Positions 29,436 through 39,869 are shown, numbered from the stretch's first letter. The stretch: DNA of 64,000 nt from an uncultured bacterium (GCA_963716985.1 OY970323.1:408611-472610), one strand, 5' to 3'. Program-made: numbers and translations. Notes: generated by a model from the sequence alone, not told the origin.

Positions 29436-29776
29436 GAGAATCCTTTTTTTTCAGAGGAAGGTATTTTATCAATGTAAAGAAAATATTTCAATTGAATAAA
29501 ATTTTTTCAATTTCAAGCAAGAAGGGACGATTTACTTACAGGATCAAAAATGACGGACTATTGTCGGAGTAGCTAGTGTCTGGTTTCTTCAATCGATCGA
29601 CCGCAATTGCCAATATTTCTTGGGGAAAATCAGATTTTTTCCTACATACTTTGGCAAGCAAAGGTGATTTAAGGCCATCTAAAGAATTGGGTGGAGTCAG
29701 CTTCGCAGGGCTGAAAATCCTTAGTGTCGCTTTCGATTCCAGTTCGAGCCGCATTTCTTTTTTTATCGAAAAAAAT

Positions 29777-31489
29777 TTAATAGCTAAAAGTAGCTCCACC
29801 ATGGAAACGGCAGACGTGGCGATCATTTCCGACCGAGCTTTTGATGACTTGAAAGCCCAGATCGGCTCTTGCGGAAATATATTGGCTGCATTGATAGCGC
29901 ACGCCCGGTCCGGCTCCGAGAAGGTGGTAGCGTTTTTTAAATCCAGGAACCGTTCTGTGCTCTTGCCCATATCCATAATCGATAAAGGAGAGGAAGGCGA
30001 GGTGGTTTTGTTTTCCCGATTTAAAGGATATTTTGGGCGCATGGATTTCAAAGTTCGCTAAAATCGCGTTGTCGGCATTGATCTCGCGTTCGCGATAGCC
30101 CCTGACAGAATCATACCCTCCAAGGCCAAACTGTTCGGAGGGAAGGAGGCTGGTATTGGAAATCTGTCCCTCTAATCTCGTGATGATCATCATTTTTTTC
30201 GGCAGGCTGAAGTGGGCCCAAAGATGGGTCTTGCCATAAACATAGTGTGCTTTTGCAAAGGGATTGATCTCTTGGTAATAGCGATTTTTCTGTTCGGATG
30301 TGATTTTTAAAGGAGAGGCAAACGCCTCTATGCCAAAGAAAAGTTTGTGTGCGCCAAAGGTGTGGTCGAGGAAATAGGCGCAAGTAAACTGGTTGATTTC
30401 AGGATGGTTTTGAGAAAAAATAAATTCATCAAATTCGAGCGCGTTGTTCGTCTTTTTGTAATCATATCCGCATTCGACTCTTTGCAGAATATTGCCATAG
30501 GTGGGTTGCAAGGGAATGATGTAGCGGCCGCTGATCTGCGAACTAAATCCATGCATCAGGATAGGCATGGGTATGTTGACATTTTGAAAATTGCTTTCGA
30601 CCCAAGCATATCCCCCAAAGAGTTTGCATTCATGCCTCCAGGGAAGGCGCATGAGATAGCTTGCAGAGTGGGCGATCAGAGAATCAAAATCACCGGACGC
30701 GGTGAATTGATAGGAAAGGGTTTGATCCAAACCGAACGCATGGTCCCAGCTAAAGCCCGTATAGATTCTTGCATTTCCCGTCAGTTGATTGCCCGTATTG
30801 TCTGCTCCTGCATAGACCAAAAGAGGAAACCGGTCTTGGGTGGTTAGGGTGAGATCGGTCTCGGTGCTTTTTTCTCCGGGGGCAAAGATGAGATCCGATT
30901 GATGGAAAGGGGTGCGATTGAGCCAAGCGAGATCTTCCATCAATTTAAGGGTATCGATCCTGTCTCCTTTTTTCACTTGAAGGGATTGCAGGAACTTTTT
31001 TCCCGACGTCCAGTGATTTCCTTTGGCTTCGATTGTTCCGACTTTTCCTTCTATGATCACGATCTGGATCACCCCTGCAGATACTTCTTGCTGCGGAACG
31101 ATAACGGTCACGATCGGATGGTGGTTTTTTTGATAATAATGACAGATCCGTTTGCGAATCTCTTCTAACGAACTCTGGGTGAGCGGTTCATTCAAAAAGG
31201 GGAGAATCTTAGAGATAAGTTTTTGTTTTTTTCCGGGCAGATGGATGGTCGGATCGATCGAAATCCCTTCGATTTTTTTAAGATCGATCTCCTGTAACAG
31301 CGAATAGCTTCCTAAGAGAGCAATGGCGCGAAGGCGGGGAAGAATCACTTGCGGGGAGGGTTTTTCATCTTCTTTCTTTTCCCGGATCTCCTGATAGGCG
31401 ATCTCTTCCGAGGAGCTTGCATCGTCGGCATAGATGGGTGAAAAGGAAGAGAGGCAGAGGGAAAGAGCGAGGGTTGCGAATCGTTTCAA
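29777..31489 (-). CDS. two-partner secretion outer-membrane transporter (ShlB/FhaC/HecB family TpsB)
   Basis: Signal peptide, POTRA-like region (IVIIEGKVGTIEAKGNHWTS) and ShlB-type barrel (LVYAGADNTGN..., LGGYDSVRGYREREI). The start lies 1 nt after the tpsA stop. Confidence 0.8.
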   Translation of the reverse strand: MKRFATLALSLCLSSFSPIYADDASSSEEIAYQEIREKKEDEKPSPQVILPRLRAIALLGSYSLLQEIDLKKIEGISIDPTIHLPGKKQKLISKILPFLNEPLTQSSLEEIRKRICHYYQKNHHPIVTVIVPQQEVSAGVIQIVIIEGKVGTIEAKGNHWTSGKKFLQSLQVKKGDRIDTLKLMEDLAWLNRTPFHQSDLIFAPGEKSTETDLTLTTQDRFPLLVYAGADNTGNQLTGNARIYTGFSWDHAFGLDQTLSYQFTASGDFDSLIAHSASYLMRLPWRHECKLFGGYAWVESNFQNVNIPMPILMHGFSSQISGRYIIPLQPTYGNILQRVECGYDYKKTNNALEFDEFIFSQNHPEINQFTCAYFLDHTFGAHKLFFGIEAFASPLKITSEQKNRYYQEINPFAKAHYVYGKTHLWAHFSLPKKMMIITRLEGQISNTSLLPSEQFGLGGYDSVRGYREREINADNAILANFEIHAPKISFKSGKQNHLAFLSFIDYGYGQEHRTVPGFKKRYHLLGAGPGVRYQCSQYISARADLGFQVIKSSVGNDRHVCRFHGGATFSY

Positions 31490-31490
31490 G

Positions 31491-34400
31491 TTATCCCTCT
31501 ACTTTTCGGTTTTTCTGATAGGTTTTTTCTTTGACTCGGTAGCATTTTTTTCTCTCTTTTTCAAAAGGAGAGCTTTTTTCAAAAGAGATCCATTTTGCGA
31601 TATTGTTTGCGTTTGATAAAGCGCTCATTTGCGATGGGGAAGCAAAATGCTCTTTTATCTTAGACAAAGGAAGTGGCGACCCTTTTTCTTTTTCATAGGA
31701 AATGCAAAAACTGCTTTCCCATGGGAAGAAAAACCCTTCAAGAATGGAAATGATGTCAGATTCGTCTCCGAGCGTTTGTGGAATTCCAAAAAAGTTTGTG
31801 GGGGTGGGAGGAATAATAGGCGTTCCGAAAGGTGTTTTGTAGAAGACGGTAAAGAAACGTCCCGGATCTGCTTCCGGGTAATAGACGTTAAAGACTTCCG
31901 TTCGACTGAGATAAGGATGTCCTTGCAATGTTCCGGATGCATTATTTTGCGAGGGCCTTGCGGTGAAAATTTTTAATAGGCCGGTGGCAGAGATGGTGGT
32001 TTTTGAGCTCATCAGAAAAGCGCCGGGTCCGATTTGGGGACGGGTGGGAAAGTTGTTGTCAACGACTAGAGTCACAGGGCCGGGAGATCCTGAGATGTTA
32101 ATAATGGCACTATTGCCTTCAAGGTCGATGTTCTGACCTGCTTTGACGAGAAGGGCTCCCGAAGAGCCGTTGGCTTGCAAAAGAGAGGTTTGGAAAAGAG
32201 AAAGATTATTGGCGGTCAGGGTTAAATTTGCTCCGCTTGTAATATTGGTGGGAGAGTTTCCTTGCGATGTGAGCGCCACATCTCCTCCGGCATTGAACAA
32301 AAGATCTCCGCCTGTTGTATAGATGGAGGCAAATCCAGATCCCCCGACGGCATTATTATTGAGATTCGCATTTCCGGTAATCGCGAAGTTCAAGGAATTG
32401 GAATGGATGAATAGATTGCCGTGGGGACTATTGTTGTTCATCACGAGACTGTTTGCGGTTATATTCAATGGAGCATTGTTCATTTCGATCAATGACTGGC
32501 TGATGGCGGAAGCATCGGTTTGCATAAGAAGCGGGCCGGCCGTGGTTAATGTGCTTAAAGAGCTGGATCCCGGATTGATTGTGATCAGAGCGGTTCCTCC
32601 TTGGTTTGCGTTGAATGTAATTCCTGTTGTTGCATCGACGTTCATGAGGGAATCCACTTGGATGATGCTCTGGCCGCTTGTGGCGGTTACATTGATTGTT
32701 TGGGCATTAATGGTTAGGTTGTTTGCCTGAATGGAAGCTAGGTCTGCAGCTCCGTTGGCAAAAAAAGAAAGCGTGTTGCAATTCAGAATGACATTGGGAT
32801 GAGAAGAGGTAGAGGTGTTCCCTATCAAACATTGGCCAGTAAGGGCTCCACCGCCAGACTCTTCTAAATTAATGTTGTTCGCAGAGATGTTGACCAAGTG
32901 GTCAGAAGACATTGAGAAATAATTGTTGTTCGCTGCAGTGCTTTCAAAGAAAAAGTCTTGGGTTGTGATATTTAATGCATCGCTTCCGAAGAGAGCAGGG
33001 GTTGTGCCTCCAGGGATAGAAGATATGAAAAGATAACTCAGAGTGTTTGCAAGTGTTAATGTGTGGTGAGACTTTAGAAAGCCCTTGCCAATGAGAAATA
33101 TTTGCCCGTTGACAGAGGCCGTAATATTGCCGGCAATATCTACCAAATCGGAAATACCCAAAGGTCCTGCAAGCGTAGTGAGAATCAAATCACCGGAACC
33201 GGTGATGGGACCCCCTTCTACGATGTTCATGACATTTCCGTAAAGCGTCAAAGAATGTGTGGTGGACCATGTAACGGGCGCTTGGACACGAATCTCTCCG
33301 GTTCCACCTCCTGCACCATTAACAGCATCAACGATCACATTGTTAAGGGCCAGGGCAGCTTCAAGATCGGTATTGAGAAGATTTGCGGTTCCGACTCCGC
33401 TTGGTTGATAGGTATAAGGAGGATAGATAAAAGCAGGGAATGTTGGAGGGGTTGCCGTAATGTCAATGTCTGGGGGATCTAAAAAAAGCATTCCCGTTTT
33501 TCCATGAGAAGAGCTTGTATCGACCTTGCCATGAAAGACAAAAGCTTTTTTCGAAGACACCTCCACAAAACCGCCATCTCCCTCTTGATTGCCGCCTTTT
33601 GCCTCTATTTTTCCTTGAAAGTTCATCGAATCGTCGGCAAAAAGAATAACCTTTCCGCCATTTCCCCGTTCCAGAGAAGAGACGGAGATCTGCGCTCTTT
33701 CTTCCATTTCGATCTGTTTGGGGTTGGCAGGGGAAGAATCGGTCTGATCGCGAGGAGCAAGGCCGATGATGACCTCCCCTCCATTAAAAGGTGAGGAGGC
33801 GTCGATGGAAGAGTCGTTTTTTAAGGAAATAGGATCGCCGGCAACGGTAATGTGGCCGCCGGGAGAGTGGAGCGTTCCTCTATTTTCTATGCGGCCATCT
33901 AGGGCTACGAGAAAAATTTTGCCATTTTCGTTGGCCATGCCGTTGGCCTCCACGATGCCCGATTGATTCATGGCAAGAGAGTAGGCAGAGCCTTGCGCTC
34001 CTAAAAAGACATTTTTTGCTTCAATTGTACCAAGATTTTCAACGCCTACATCCAAAAGGGGTTTGTCTAGAAGCGGCTGGATGAAGAGCCCCTCTTCTTT
34101 GTCCGGCTGCAGAAGAATGCGATAGCCCGCAGCTGTTTGCGCAACTCCGTTTTTTGCCTCAATGACCCCCTCGTTTCGAATGCGCGTGGCAAAAAGCGCT
34201 ACATCGCCCTCGAGGGCCCGAATGGTCCCTAAATTCACGATTTCTTTGCTCTGTCCTCCATCTTGAAAGAAGAGGTTTGCCCCTTTCAGAAAGTCTTGGT
34301 TCAGAATGTCGAGAGTAGAGGCAATGAAACCGGAGGTTTGCACACACCCTTCTTTACTGATGAGTATGCCGTTTTGATTGATCAGAAGAACCTTGCCATT

Positions 34401-34706
34401 TGCTTCTAAAACTCCTTGGATCAGAGAGGGGGAATAGCCCGTGACGCGATTTAAAACAGAAGAGGTGGTATTTTGCTGAAGAAAACGGGTGATTTCTCCT
34501 TTGTCAATGGAAAAATCTTTCCAGTTGATAATGCTCTTGTCTGAGGCATGGATCTCCAAGAGCTGATTTTTCGAAGAGACAATATCCACCTGCCCGGCGA
34601 TGATTTCGGGACAAGAGGGATTTGACCAAAGAGATAGGCCAAAAAAAACAGAGGTGAAAAAAAGAGTAAAAAAACGCATTGCATCCCCGGAATTCTTCTC
34701 TTTCAT
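31491..34706 (-). CDS. two-partner secretion exoprotein (TpsA, filamentous haemagglutinin-type N-terminal TPS domain)
   Basis: TPS domain SIINWKDFSIDKGEITRFLQ...SVLNRVTGYSPSLIQGVLEANGKVLLINQNGILISKEG (NPNG motif present as NQNG), then a long beta-helix-like N/G/S/T-rich body. An alternative start is at 34679. Confidence 0.8.
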   Translation of the reverse strand: MKEKNSGDAMRFFTLFFTSVFFGLSLWSNPSCPEIIAGQVDIVSSKNQLLEIHASDKSIINWKDFSIDKGEITRFLQQNTTSSVLNRVTGYSPSLIQGVLEANGKVLLINQNGILISKEGCVQTSGFIASTLDILNQDFLKGANLFFQDGGQSKEIVNLGTIRALEGDVALFATRIRNEGVIEAKNGVAQTAAGYRILLQPDKEEGLFIQPLLDKPLLDVGVENLGTIEAKNVFLGAQGSAYSLAMNQSGIVEANGMANENGKIFLVALDGRIENRGTLHSPGGHITVAGDPISLKNDSSIDASSPFNGGEVIIGLAPRDQTDSSPANPKQIEMEERAQISVSSLERGNGGKVILFADDSMNFQGKIEAKGGNQEGDGGFVEVSSKKAFVFHGKVDTSSSHGKTGMLFLDPPDIDITATPPTFPAFIYPPYTYQPSGVGTANLLNTDLEAALALNNVIVDAVNGAGGGTGEIRVQAPVTWSTTHSLTLYGNVMNIVEGGPITGSGDLILTTLAGPLGISDLVDIAGNITASVNGQIFLIGKGFLKSHHTLTLANTLSYLFISSIPGGTTPALFGSDALNITTQDFFFESTAANNNYFSMSSDHLVNISANNINLEESGGGALTGQCLIGNTSTSSHPNVILNCNTLSFFANGAADLASIQANNLTINAQTINVTATSGQSIIQVDSLMNVDATTGITFNANQGGTALITINPGSSSLSTLTTAGPLLMQTDASAISQSLIEMNNAPLNITANSLVMNNNSPHGNLFIHSNSLNFAITGNANLNNNAVGGSGFASIYTTGGDLLFNAGGDVALTSQGNSPTNITSGANLTLTANNLSLFQTSLLQANGSSGALLVKAGQNIDLEGNSAIINISGSPGPVTLVVDNNFPTRPQIGPGAFLMSSKTTISATGLLKIFTARPSQNNASGTLQGHPYLSRTEVFNVYYPEADPGRFFTVFYKTPFGTPIIPPTPTNFFGIPQTLGDESDIISILEGFFFPWESSFCISYEKEKGSPLPLSKIKEHFASPSQMSALSNANNIAKWISFEKSSPFEKERKKCYRVKEKTYQKNRKVEG

Positions 34707-34754
34707 GCATTGTATGAATTTGAAAGAATATGTCTCTATTTTTTTTAGAGAAAG

Positions 34755-35798
34755 TTAAGCGAAAACAAGAGGGGAGCATTGCGCAGCGGCCGGCGGCGCT
34801 TTTGTAGTAGATGACATACGCTGAATGGCTCGTAGAAGATCGGACAGCCCCTCTGAGGATAGAGCCGATATTTCAAAGAGGGAATCTACTGCAAAAGGGT
34901 AGCGTTTTTTGAAAAGAAGACAGGCCTCTTTTGCATTTTCCATATCGATTTTGTTCAAAACAACGAGAAAGGGCTTTTCGAGGATCTCTTTTCGATAACA
35001 TTCAATTTCTTGTCGAAGAAGGAGAAAATCTTCAAAGGGATCTCTTCCTTCTTGCCCGGAGATATCGACGACAAAGAGGAGAAGAGAGGTGCGCTCAATG
35101 TGTTTTAAAAAAGAAAGCCCCAAGCCTCGATCGGCGTGTGCGCCTTTGATGATCCCCGGAATATCGGCAAAGCGGAGGCGAGAAAAATCTTCAAAGGCCA
35201 CCACTCCCAGATTGGGATAAAGCGTTGTGAAAGGATAGGATCCGACTTTGACTCTCATATTTGCAAGCGATGCGAGGAGGGTGGATTTGCCTGCATTCGG
35301 CATGCCAATCAAACCGACGTCGGCAATGAGCTTGAGCTCCAGTTCGATCTGCTTTTCCTCGCCATTCGTTCCTTCCGTGCAAATGTAGGGAGCCTGGTTC
35401 GTTGCGGTTTTAAAACAGGTATTTCCTCTGCCGCCGATCCCGCCCTTGCAAACGAGAAATTTTCGGTTTGGCTCGATGCATTCAAAAAGAATTGCAGAAG
35501 TGGCTGTGTCTTTTACAATGGTGCCCAGGGGAACTTTTAAGATGATGTCTTGCCCATCGGCCCCTTTTCGATTGCTTGACGCTCCGTTTTTTCCACTTTG
35601 AGAATGAATGATTTTTTGGTTGCGGAAAGAATCCAAGGAGAGAAGCTGGGCATCTGCTTCGAGGTAGATATGGCCACCCCTCCCGCCGTCTCCTCCGGCA
35701 GGCCCACCTTTAGGAATGTATTTTTCCCGTCTCCAAGCAACGACCCCATTGCCTCCTTGGCCGGCGATGAGACTCAGTTTAATGTGATCCAGAAACAT
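34755..35798 (-). CDS. obg: GTPase Obg/CgtA
   Basis: N-terminal Obg fold GGNGVVAWRREKYIPKGGPAGGDGGRGG. G domain GMPNAGKST, DIPG and NKID. Confidence 0.9.
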   Translation of the reverse strand: MFLDHIKLSLIAGQGGNGVVAWRREKYIPKGGPAGGDGGRGGHIYLEADAQLLSLDSFRNQKIIHSQSGKNGASSNRKGADGQDIILKVPLGTIVKDTATSAILFECIEPNRKFLVCKGGIGGRGNTCFKTATNQAPYICTEGTNGEEKQIELELKLIADVGLIGMPNAGKSTLLASLANMRVKVGSYPFTTLYPNLGVVAFEDFSRLRFADIPGIIKGAHADRGLGLSFLKHIERTSLLLFVVDISGQEGRDPFEDFLLLRQEIECYRKEILEKPFLVVLNKIDMENAKEACLLFKKRYPFAVDSLFEISALSSEGLSDLLRAIQRMSSTTKAPPAAAQCSPLVFA

Positions 35799-35828
35799 AG
35801 GTCTTGCTCGAAGAAGGAGGAAATCCCT

Positions 35829-36086
35829 CTATCGATCCTCGCTGGGCAGGACGGAAACAAAGGTTTTGTTGGCTCTGCGAAAGGAAACAATCCCATTGAT
35901 CAGAGCAAAAAGAGTGTAATCTTTTCCGACGCCGACGTTTTTTAAAGGATGCCACTGGGTGCCTCGTTGACGAACGAGAATACTTCCGGCAGTGACAAAT
36001 TCTCCTTGAGCGACCTTGGTTCCAAGCCGTTGTGATTGAGAATCGCGACCGTTGCGCGTGGAGCCTTGTCCTTTCTTATGAGCCAT
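35829..36086 (-). CDS. rpmA: 50S ribosomal protein L27
   Basis: Begins [22 protein letters not shown]. Confidence 0.9.
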   Translation of the reverse strand: MAHKKGQGSTRNGRDSQSQRLGTKVAQGEFVTAGSILVRQRGTQWHPLKNVGVGKDYTLFALINGIVSFRRANKTFVSVLPSEDR

Positions 36087-36101
36087 TCTATCCTCTTGAT
36101 T

Positions 36102-36416
36102 TTAAGCTTTTTTGATATCGGTAATTGTGACTTTCGAATACTTTTGTCTGTGTCCTACCGTCCTTCGATAGTTTTTGCGCTTTTTGTATTTGTAGGCAAT
36201 GACTTTTTCCCCTTTAACTTCTCCGAGAAGCTCGCCTAATACCGTGCATCCCGCAACATAGGGACCTCCTACTAGAGTTTGATCTTCCTGGTTCAAAAGA
36301 AGCACATGGTCAAATGATACTTGGTTGCTTGCCTGGGCCTCGACAAGTTCAATTGTGATCGTGTCGCCTTTTTGCACGCGGTATTGTTTCCCGCCAGTTT
36401 CGATGATCGCGTACAT
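36102..36416 (-). CDS. rplU: 50S ribosomal protein L21
   Basis: Begins MYAIIETGGKQYRVQKGD. Confidence 0.9.
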   Translation of the reverse strand: MYAIIETGGKQYRVQKGDTITIELVEAQASNQVSFDHVLLLNQEDQTLVGGPYVAGCTVLGELLGEVKGEKVIAYKYKKRKNYRRTVGHRQKYSKVTITDIKKA

Positions 36417-36514
36417 TATCGTCCTCCAAGACGTCGAATTTTGGATACCGATCTTACGATAACTTGCCCTGTTTTGTCAACTTTAAAAGGGGAGTTTTTT
36501 AAAGAAAAATTTTC

Positions 36515-37789
36515 TTAACAAGGGGGTAGTTTTTCAAAATGAGTGTGCACTTTGTTTTTCCGGGTGTTGTGAAAAAGAAGGATGATCAGCACGCCGAGAG
36601 AGGAAAGGATGCCGAGAATGACAAATCCCGTGCGGAAGCTTCCCGTGAGGTCAACGAGCCATCCTGTGATCGCCGGAGAGACGATGCCGGCGATGGAGAA
36701 GACAGTCGATGTGATCCCCTGCGCGGCCCCTGCCTGGCTTTTCGCAACTTCGATATTGACATGGAAAAAAATGGCAAGCGGAAGAAAGCCAAAACCTACC
36801 CCCAGGCTCAAAAGAATGAGGGTGGTGGAGAGAGAATGGTTGGTGCTCAAGAGAAGAAAACAGATTGCCGTCAGAAGCTGGCTCACCCAGATGACGTGGG
36901 AATGGGAGACGCGATAGCTTTTGGTTCTTTTGTAGAGCCAATCGGAGAGAAATCCTCCCAAGGGCAAAAAGAAAGAGGCGGCCAGCCAGGGAAGGGTCAA
37001 ATACCACCCGATGCTCTTGAGGTTGAGCTGAAATTGAAAGGATAGATAGCCGGGAAGCCAGAGAGTGGCGAAAAAGACCATATAGCCAAAGGCAAAATAG
37101 GAAAGATTGCTGGCAATGAGAGTGGGATGGGTGAGAAGAAAACGCCAATTCGCAGTGGTTTTTTTCATTGGATGTCTTTTCTCTTCTTCTTCGCACGTGG
37201 TTTCTACGACGGGCATGCGAAAAATAGCATACCAGAGAATGGCCCAAAAGATTCCAATCGAGCTGATGATGATAAACATCCAGCGCCAGCCAAAATCGGT
37301 TGATAAATAGGAGATCAAAGGGGCTCCAACGACGCTGGATACCGGGATAGCGGCAAGCCCGAACGAAAGGGCTTTTGCTCTTGCTTCCGGAGGAAGTAGA
37401 TGGTTGATGGTACAGGAAACCGCAGGGTAGTGAGGCCCTTCGGCAACCCCCAAAAGAAAGCGCAAAATGACGAAGCTCCACAGTCCTGTAGCAACACTTA
37501 AAAGACCTAAACAGGTGGACCATGCGATAGCTGAGATGGGCCAGGAAATGCGGGAGCCATATTTGTCCACAATCCATCCTCCCATGCCGGAGAGAAGGAG
37601 GTATCCGATGCCAAAAGAAGAGAGGATCATGCCGAATTGGGTATCGGTGAAGTGAAATTCTTTTTTTAAAGGCTCGATGATGAAGGAGATGGCCGTGCGG
37701 TCGATAAAATTAACAAGAGTGATGGCGAAAATTAAGCTGACGATAAACCATGGATAAAAAGAAGATTTTTTTTCATTCATAAAAAACAA
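36515..37789 (-). CDS. MFS transporter
   Basis: 424 aa with 12 predicted hydrophobic segments and a GWIVDKYGSR-type MFS loop motif. Confidence 0.8.
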   Translation of the reverse strand: MFFMNEKKSSFYPWFIVSLIFAITLVNFIDRTAISFIIEPLKKEFHFTDTQFGMILSSFGIGYLLLSGMGGWIVDKYGSRISWPISAIAWSTCLGLLSVATGLWSFVILRFLLGVAEGPHYPAVSCTINHLLPPEARAKALSFGLAAIPVSSVVGAPLISYLSTDFGWRWMFIIISSIGIFWAILWYAIFRMPVVETTCEEEEKRHPMKKTTANWRFLLTHPTLIASNLSYFAFGYMVFFATLWLPGYLSFQFQLNLKSIGWYLTLPWLAASFFLPLGGFLSDWLYKRTKSYRVSHSHVIWVSQLLTAICFLLLSTNHSLSTTLILLSLGVGFGFLPLAIFFHVNIEVAKSQAGAAQGITSTVFSIAGIVSPAITGWLVDLTGSFRTGFVILGILSSLGVLIILLFHNTRKNKVHTHFEKLPPC

Positions 37790-37853
37790 AGGCTCTTTGA
37801 AGGGAAAATTATCATTTTTTTGATTGCCTGTCTATGAGAATTGCCGGGAGTTT

Positions 37854-39095
37854 TTAAGAGAACGAACATTCCCAAAGAGTTGATAATGGAATCGCAATGC
37901 GATTTTTTTGAAAAGCAACGACTTCTTTGCCGGGATAAAGAATAATGCCTCGAATCATTTTATCTCCCATCTCGTCGCCTAAAATATTCAATCCTTTCCA
38001 ATCCTCTGCAGAGATTGTTTCCGATGATTTCACCTCGATGCCAACAATTTGTCCGGCGCGATTTTCTAAAACAATATCTACTTCAGCCCCTGTTTGCGTG
38101 CGATAATGATAAAGTTCAATGGGTTGGAGGGCCCAGGTGGAAAGCTTTTTTAATTCGAGAAAAACAAAATTCTCCAAAATAGATCCTAGCAATCTTCCGT
38201 TTTCTAATAAGAGATCGTTCCCAACCCTGAGTTGGTTCATTAATAATCCCGTGTCTCCAAAATAAAGCTTGGGCATCTTAATTAAACGTTTTGTTCGATT
38301 CAGATGCCAGGCAGGTTGCCGTATGATCAGAAAGAGAGATTCTAAAAGAACCATGTAAAAATTTAACGTTGTATAAGGGATGGAGGAAATGCGGCTCAGT
38401 TCGGACAGATTTAATAAATTTGCGCTACGGGTTGCTAAAATATTGAATAATTTAGCAATGTCCCTGGTCCGAGAAATATTTGCGATATCCTGAACATCTC
38501 TTTCTATAATTGTTGTTAACAAATTGTTATACCATCGATCGCGCATGACGGGGTCCAAAGGGAGAGCATCGGGATATCCCCCTCTGGCAAGAACTTCGAT
38601 CATCTCTTTGCGATTCCAATGGGTTCCTTCAGAAAATACCGCAGCAGAATCGAATGCGAGCTCTAGAAAATGAGATTTTTTTTGTTGGATTTCGCTCATG
38701 GAAAGCGGCCACAAATGGAGAATAAACATCCTGCCGGCTAATGAATCATTCAACTTTGGCGCTACCAGAGGATTGGCCGATCCGGTGAGGCCGAAAAAAC
38801 CAGGGACTCTCTTTTGATCAACGCTTAATTTAATCGGAAGGGCGATTTGAGGAACTCGTTGCACTTCATCGATAATCACCGGCTTCGAAAGCGCTCCAAT
38901 AAATCCTTCCGGGTCCTCTTGGGCCGCTGCAAGCTGTTTGAGCGTGTCGAAAGTGAGATAATCCATCCCAAGCTCTTCGCCAATGGCTTTCATTAAGGTT
39001 GTTTTTCCGCACTGACGTGGCCCAATAAGGAGCGTTACGGGACTGACCTTAAATGCTTGTAAGAGGCTGTCTTTTAGATGCCTAGCATATATCAT
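37854..39095 (-). CDS. AAA-type ATPase with DUF4143-like C-terminal domain
   Basis: Walker A LIGPRQCGKTTL and Walker B PVIIDEVQRV. The C-terminal half resembles the AAA_14/DUF4143 architecture. Confidence 0.65.
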   Translation of the reverse strand: MIYARHLKDSLLQAFKVSPVTLLIGPRQCGKTTLMKAIGEELGMDYLTFDTLKQLAAAQEDPEGFIGALSKPVIIDEVQRVPQIALPIKLSVDQKRVPGFFGLTGSANPLVAPKLNDSLAGRMFILHLWPLSMSEIQQKKSHFLELAFDSAAVFSEGTHWNRKEMIEVLARGGYPDALPLDPVMRDRWYNNLLTTIIERDVQDIANISRTRDIAKLFNILATRSANLLNLSELSRISSIPYTTLNFYMVLLESLFLIIRQPAWHLNRTKRLIKMPKLYFGDTGLLMNQLRVGNDLLLENGRLLGSILENFVFLELKKLSTWALQPIELYHYRTQTGAEVDIVLENRAGQIVGIEVKSSETISAEDWKGLNILGDEMGDKMIRGIILYPGKEVVAFQKNRIAIPLSTLWECSFS

Positions 39096-39244
39096 GCAAA
39101 ATTATCCATGTTTTAATTAAATATTATCCAAACTTTCGATAATTTTACATAAATATTGTAAGTTATTGAAAATTAATGACAAGTGGAGCTTTTTTGAGAG
39201 ATGCGATAGGCCGTCAAAAAAAAGTTATCTTATAGCGGTTTCTT

Positions 39245-39490
39245 TTAGCAAAGTTTCGTTACCTTTTTTTCCGCTTGCCAAGCATAAATTTGGGCACGGT
39301 TTAAAGGTTCGCAGGGAAGTTTCTGCTTGGAAGCCCAAATGACCAAAATGGCCAGAGTACTGCTTGCGATTCCAAGAACGGGATCGATTTTGCAAGCAGT
39401 GTACATTCCCAAACCAATTATTGTGTATTTGGCAGCTGTTTGCAAAGGGGAGGGAATGGGGAGCAATTGTTTGAAATTTGAAACATGCAT
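39245..39490 (-). CDS. small membrane protein with bilobed hydrophobic domain (Inc-like, speculative)
   Basis: 81 aa. Two hydrophobic segments (YTIIGLGMYTA and VLGIASSTLAILVIW) are separated by CKIDP. AT-rich flanks. Confidence 0.4.
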   Translation of the reverse strand: MHVSNFKQLLPIPSPLQTAAKYTIIGLGMYTACKIDPVLGIASSTLAILVIWASKQKLPCEPLNRAQIYAWQAEKKVTKLC

Positions 39491-39756
39491 AGATATCCTT
39501 ATTTAATGGTTTTTAAATTATTAGAAAAAATTTTTTAAAGAGCCTATTCCTTGAACGAATTGCATTCCGGAATCATTTTGATAAGACCCAGGAACTGTTC
39601 TAAAAAAAATGGCTTAAAAGTATAAAGGATCCATCAATTTTTAAGAAGGCCAAAGATGTATGTATCGCTCATAAGAGTTTTTGTTGAAAGGCTCCTGTCT
39701 TTTCAATATTTTTTCTTGTCAGATAAAGGATTTTTACGATAATCTCTGCCCTCTTT

Positions 39757-39845
39757 GGAGGAGTGTCCGAGTGGCTGAAGGAGCACGCTTGGAAAGCGTG
39801 TATACGTCTCAAAGCGTATCGTGGGTTCGAATCCCACCTCCTCCG
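39757..39845 (+). tRNA. tRNA-Ser (GGA)
   Basis: 89 nt. Acceptor stem GGAGGAG/CTCCTCC, anticodon loop TTGGAAA, a long variable arm and T-arm GGGTTCGAATCCC. Confidence 0.9.
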
Positions 39846-39869
39846 ATTGTTGAATTCTGGAGGAAAAGT

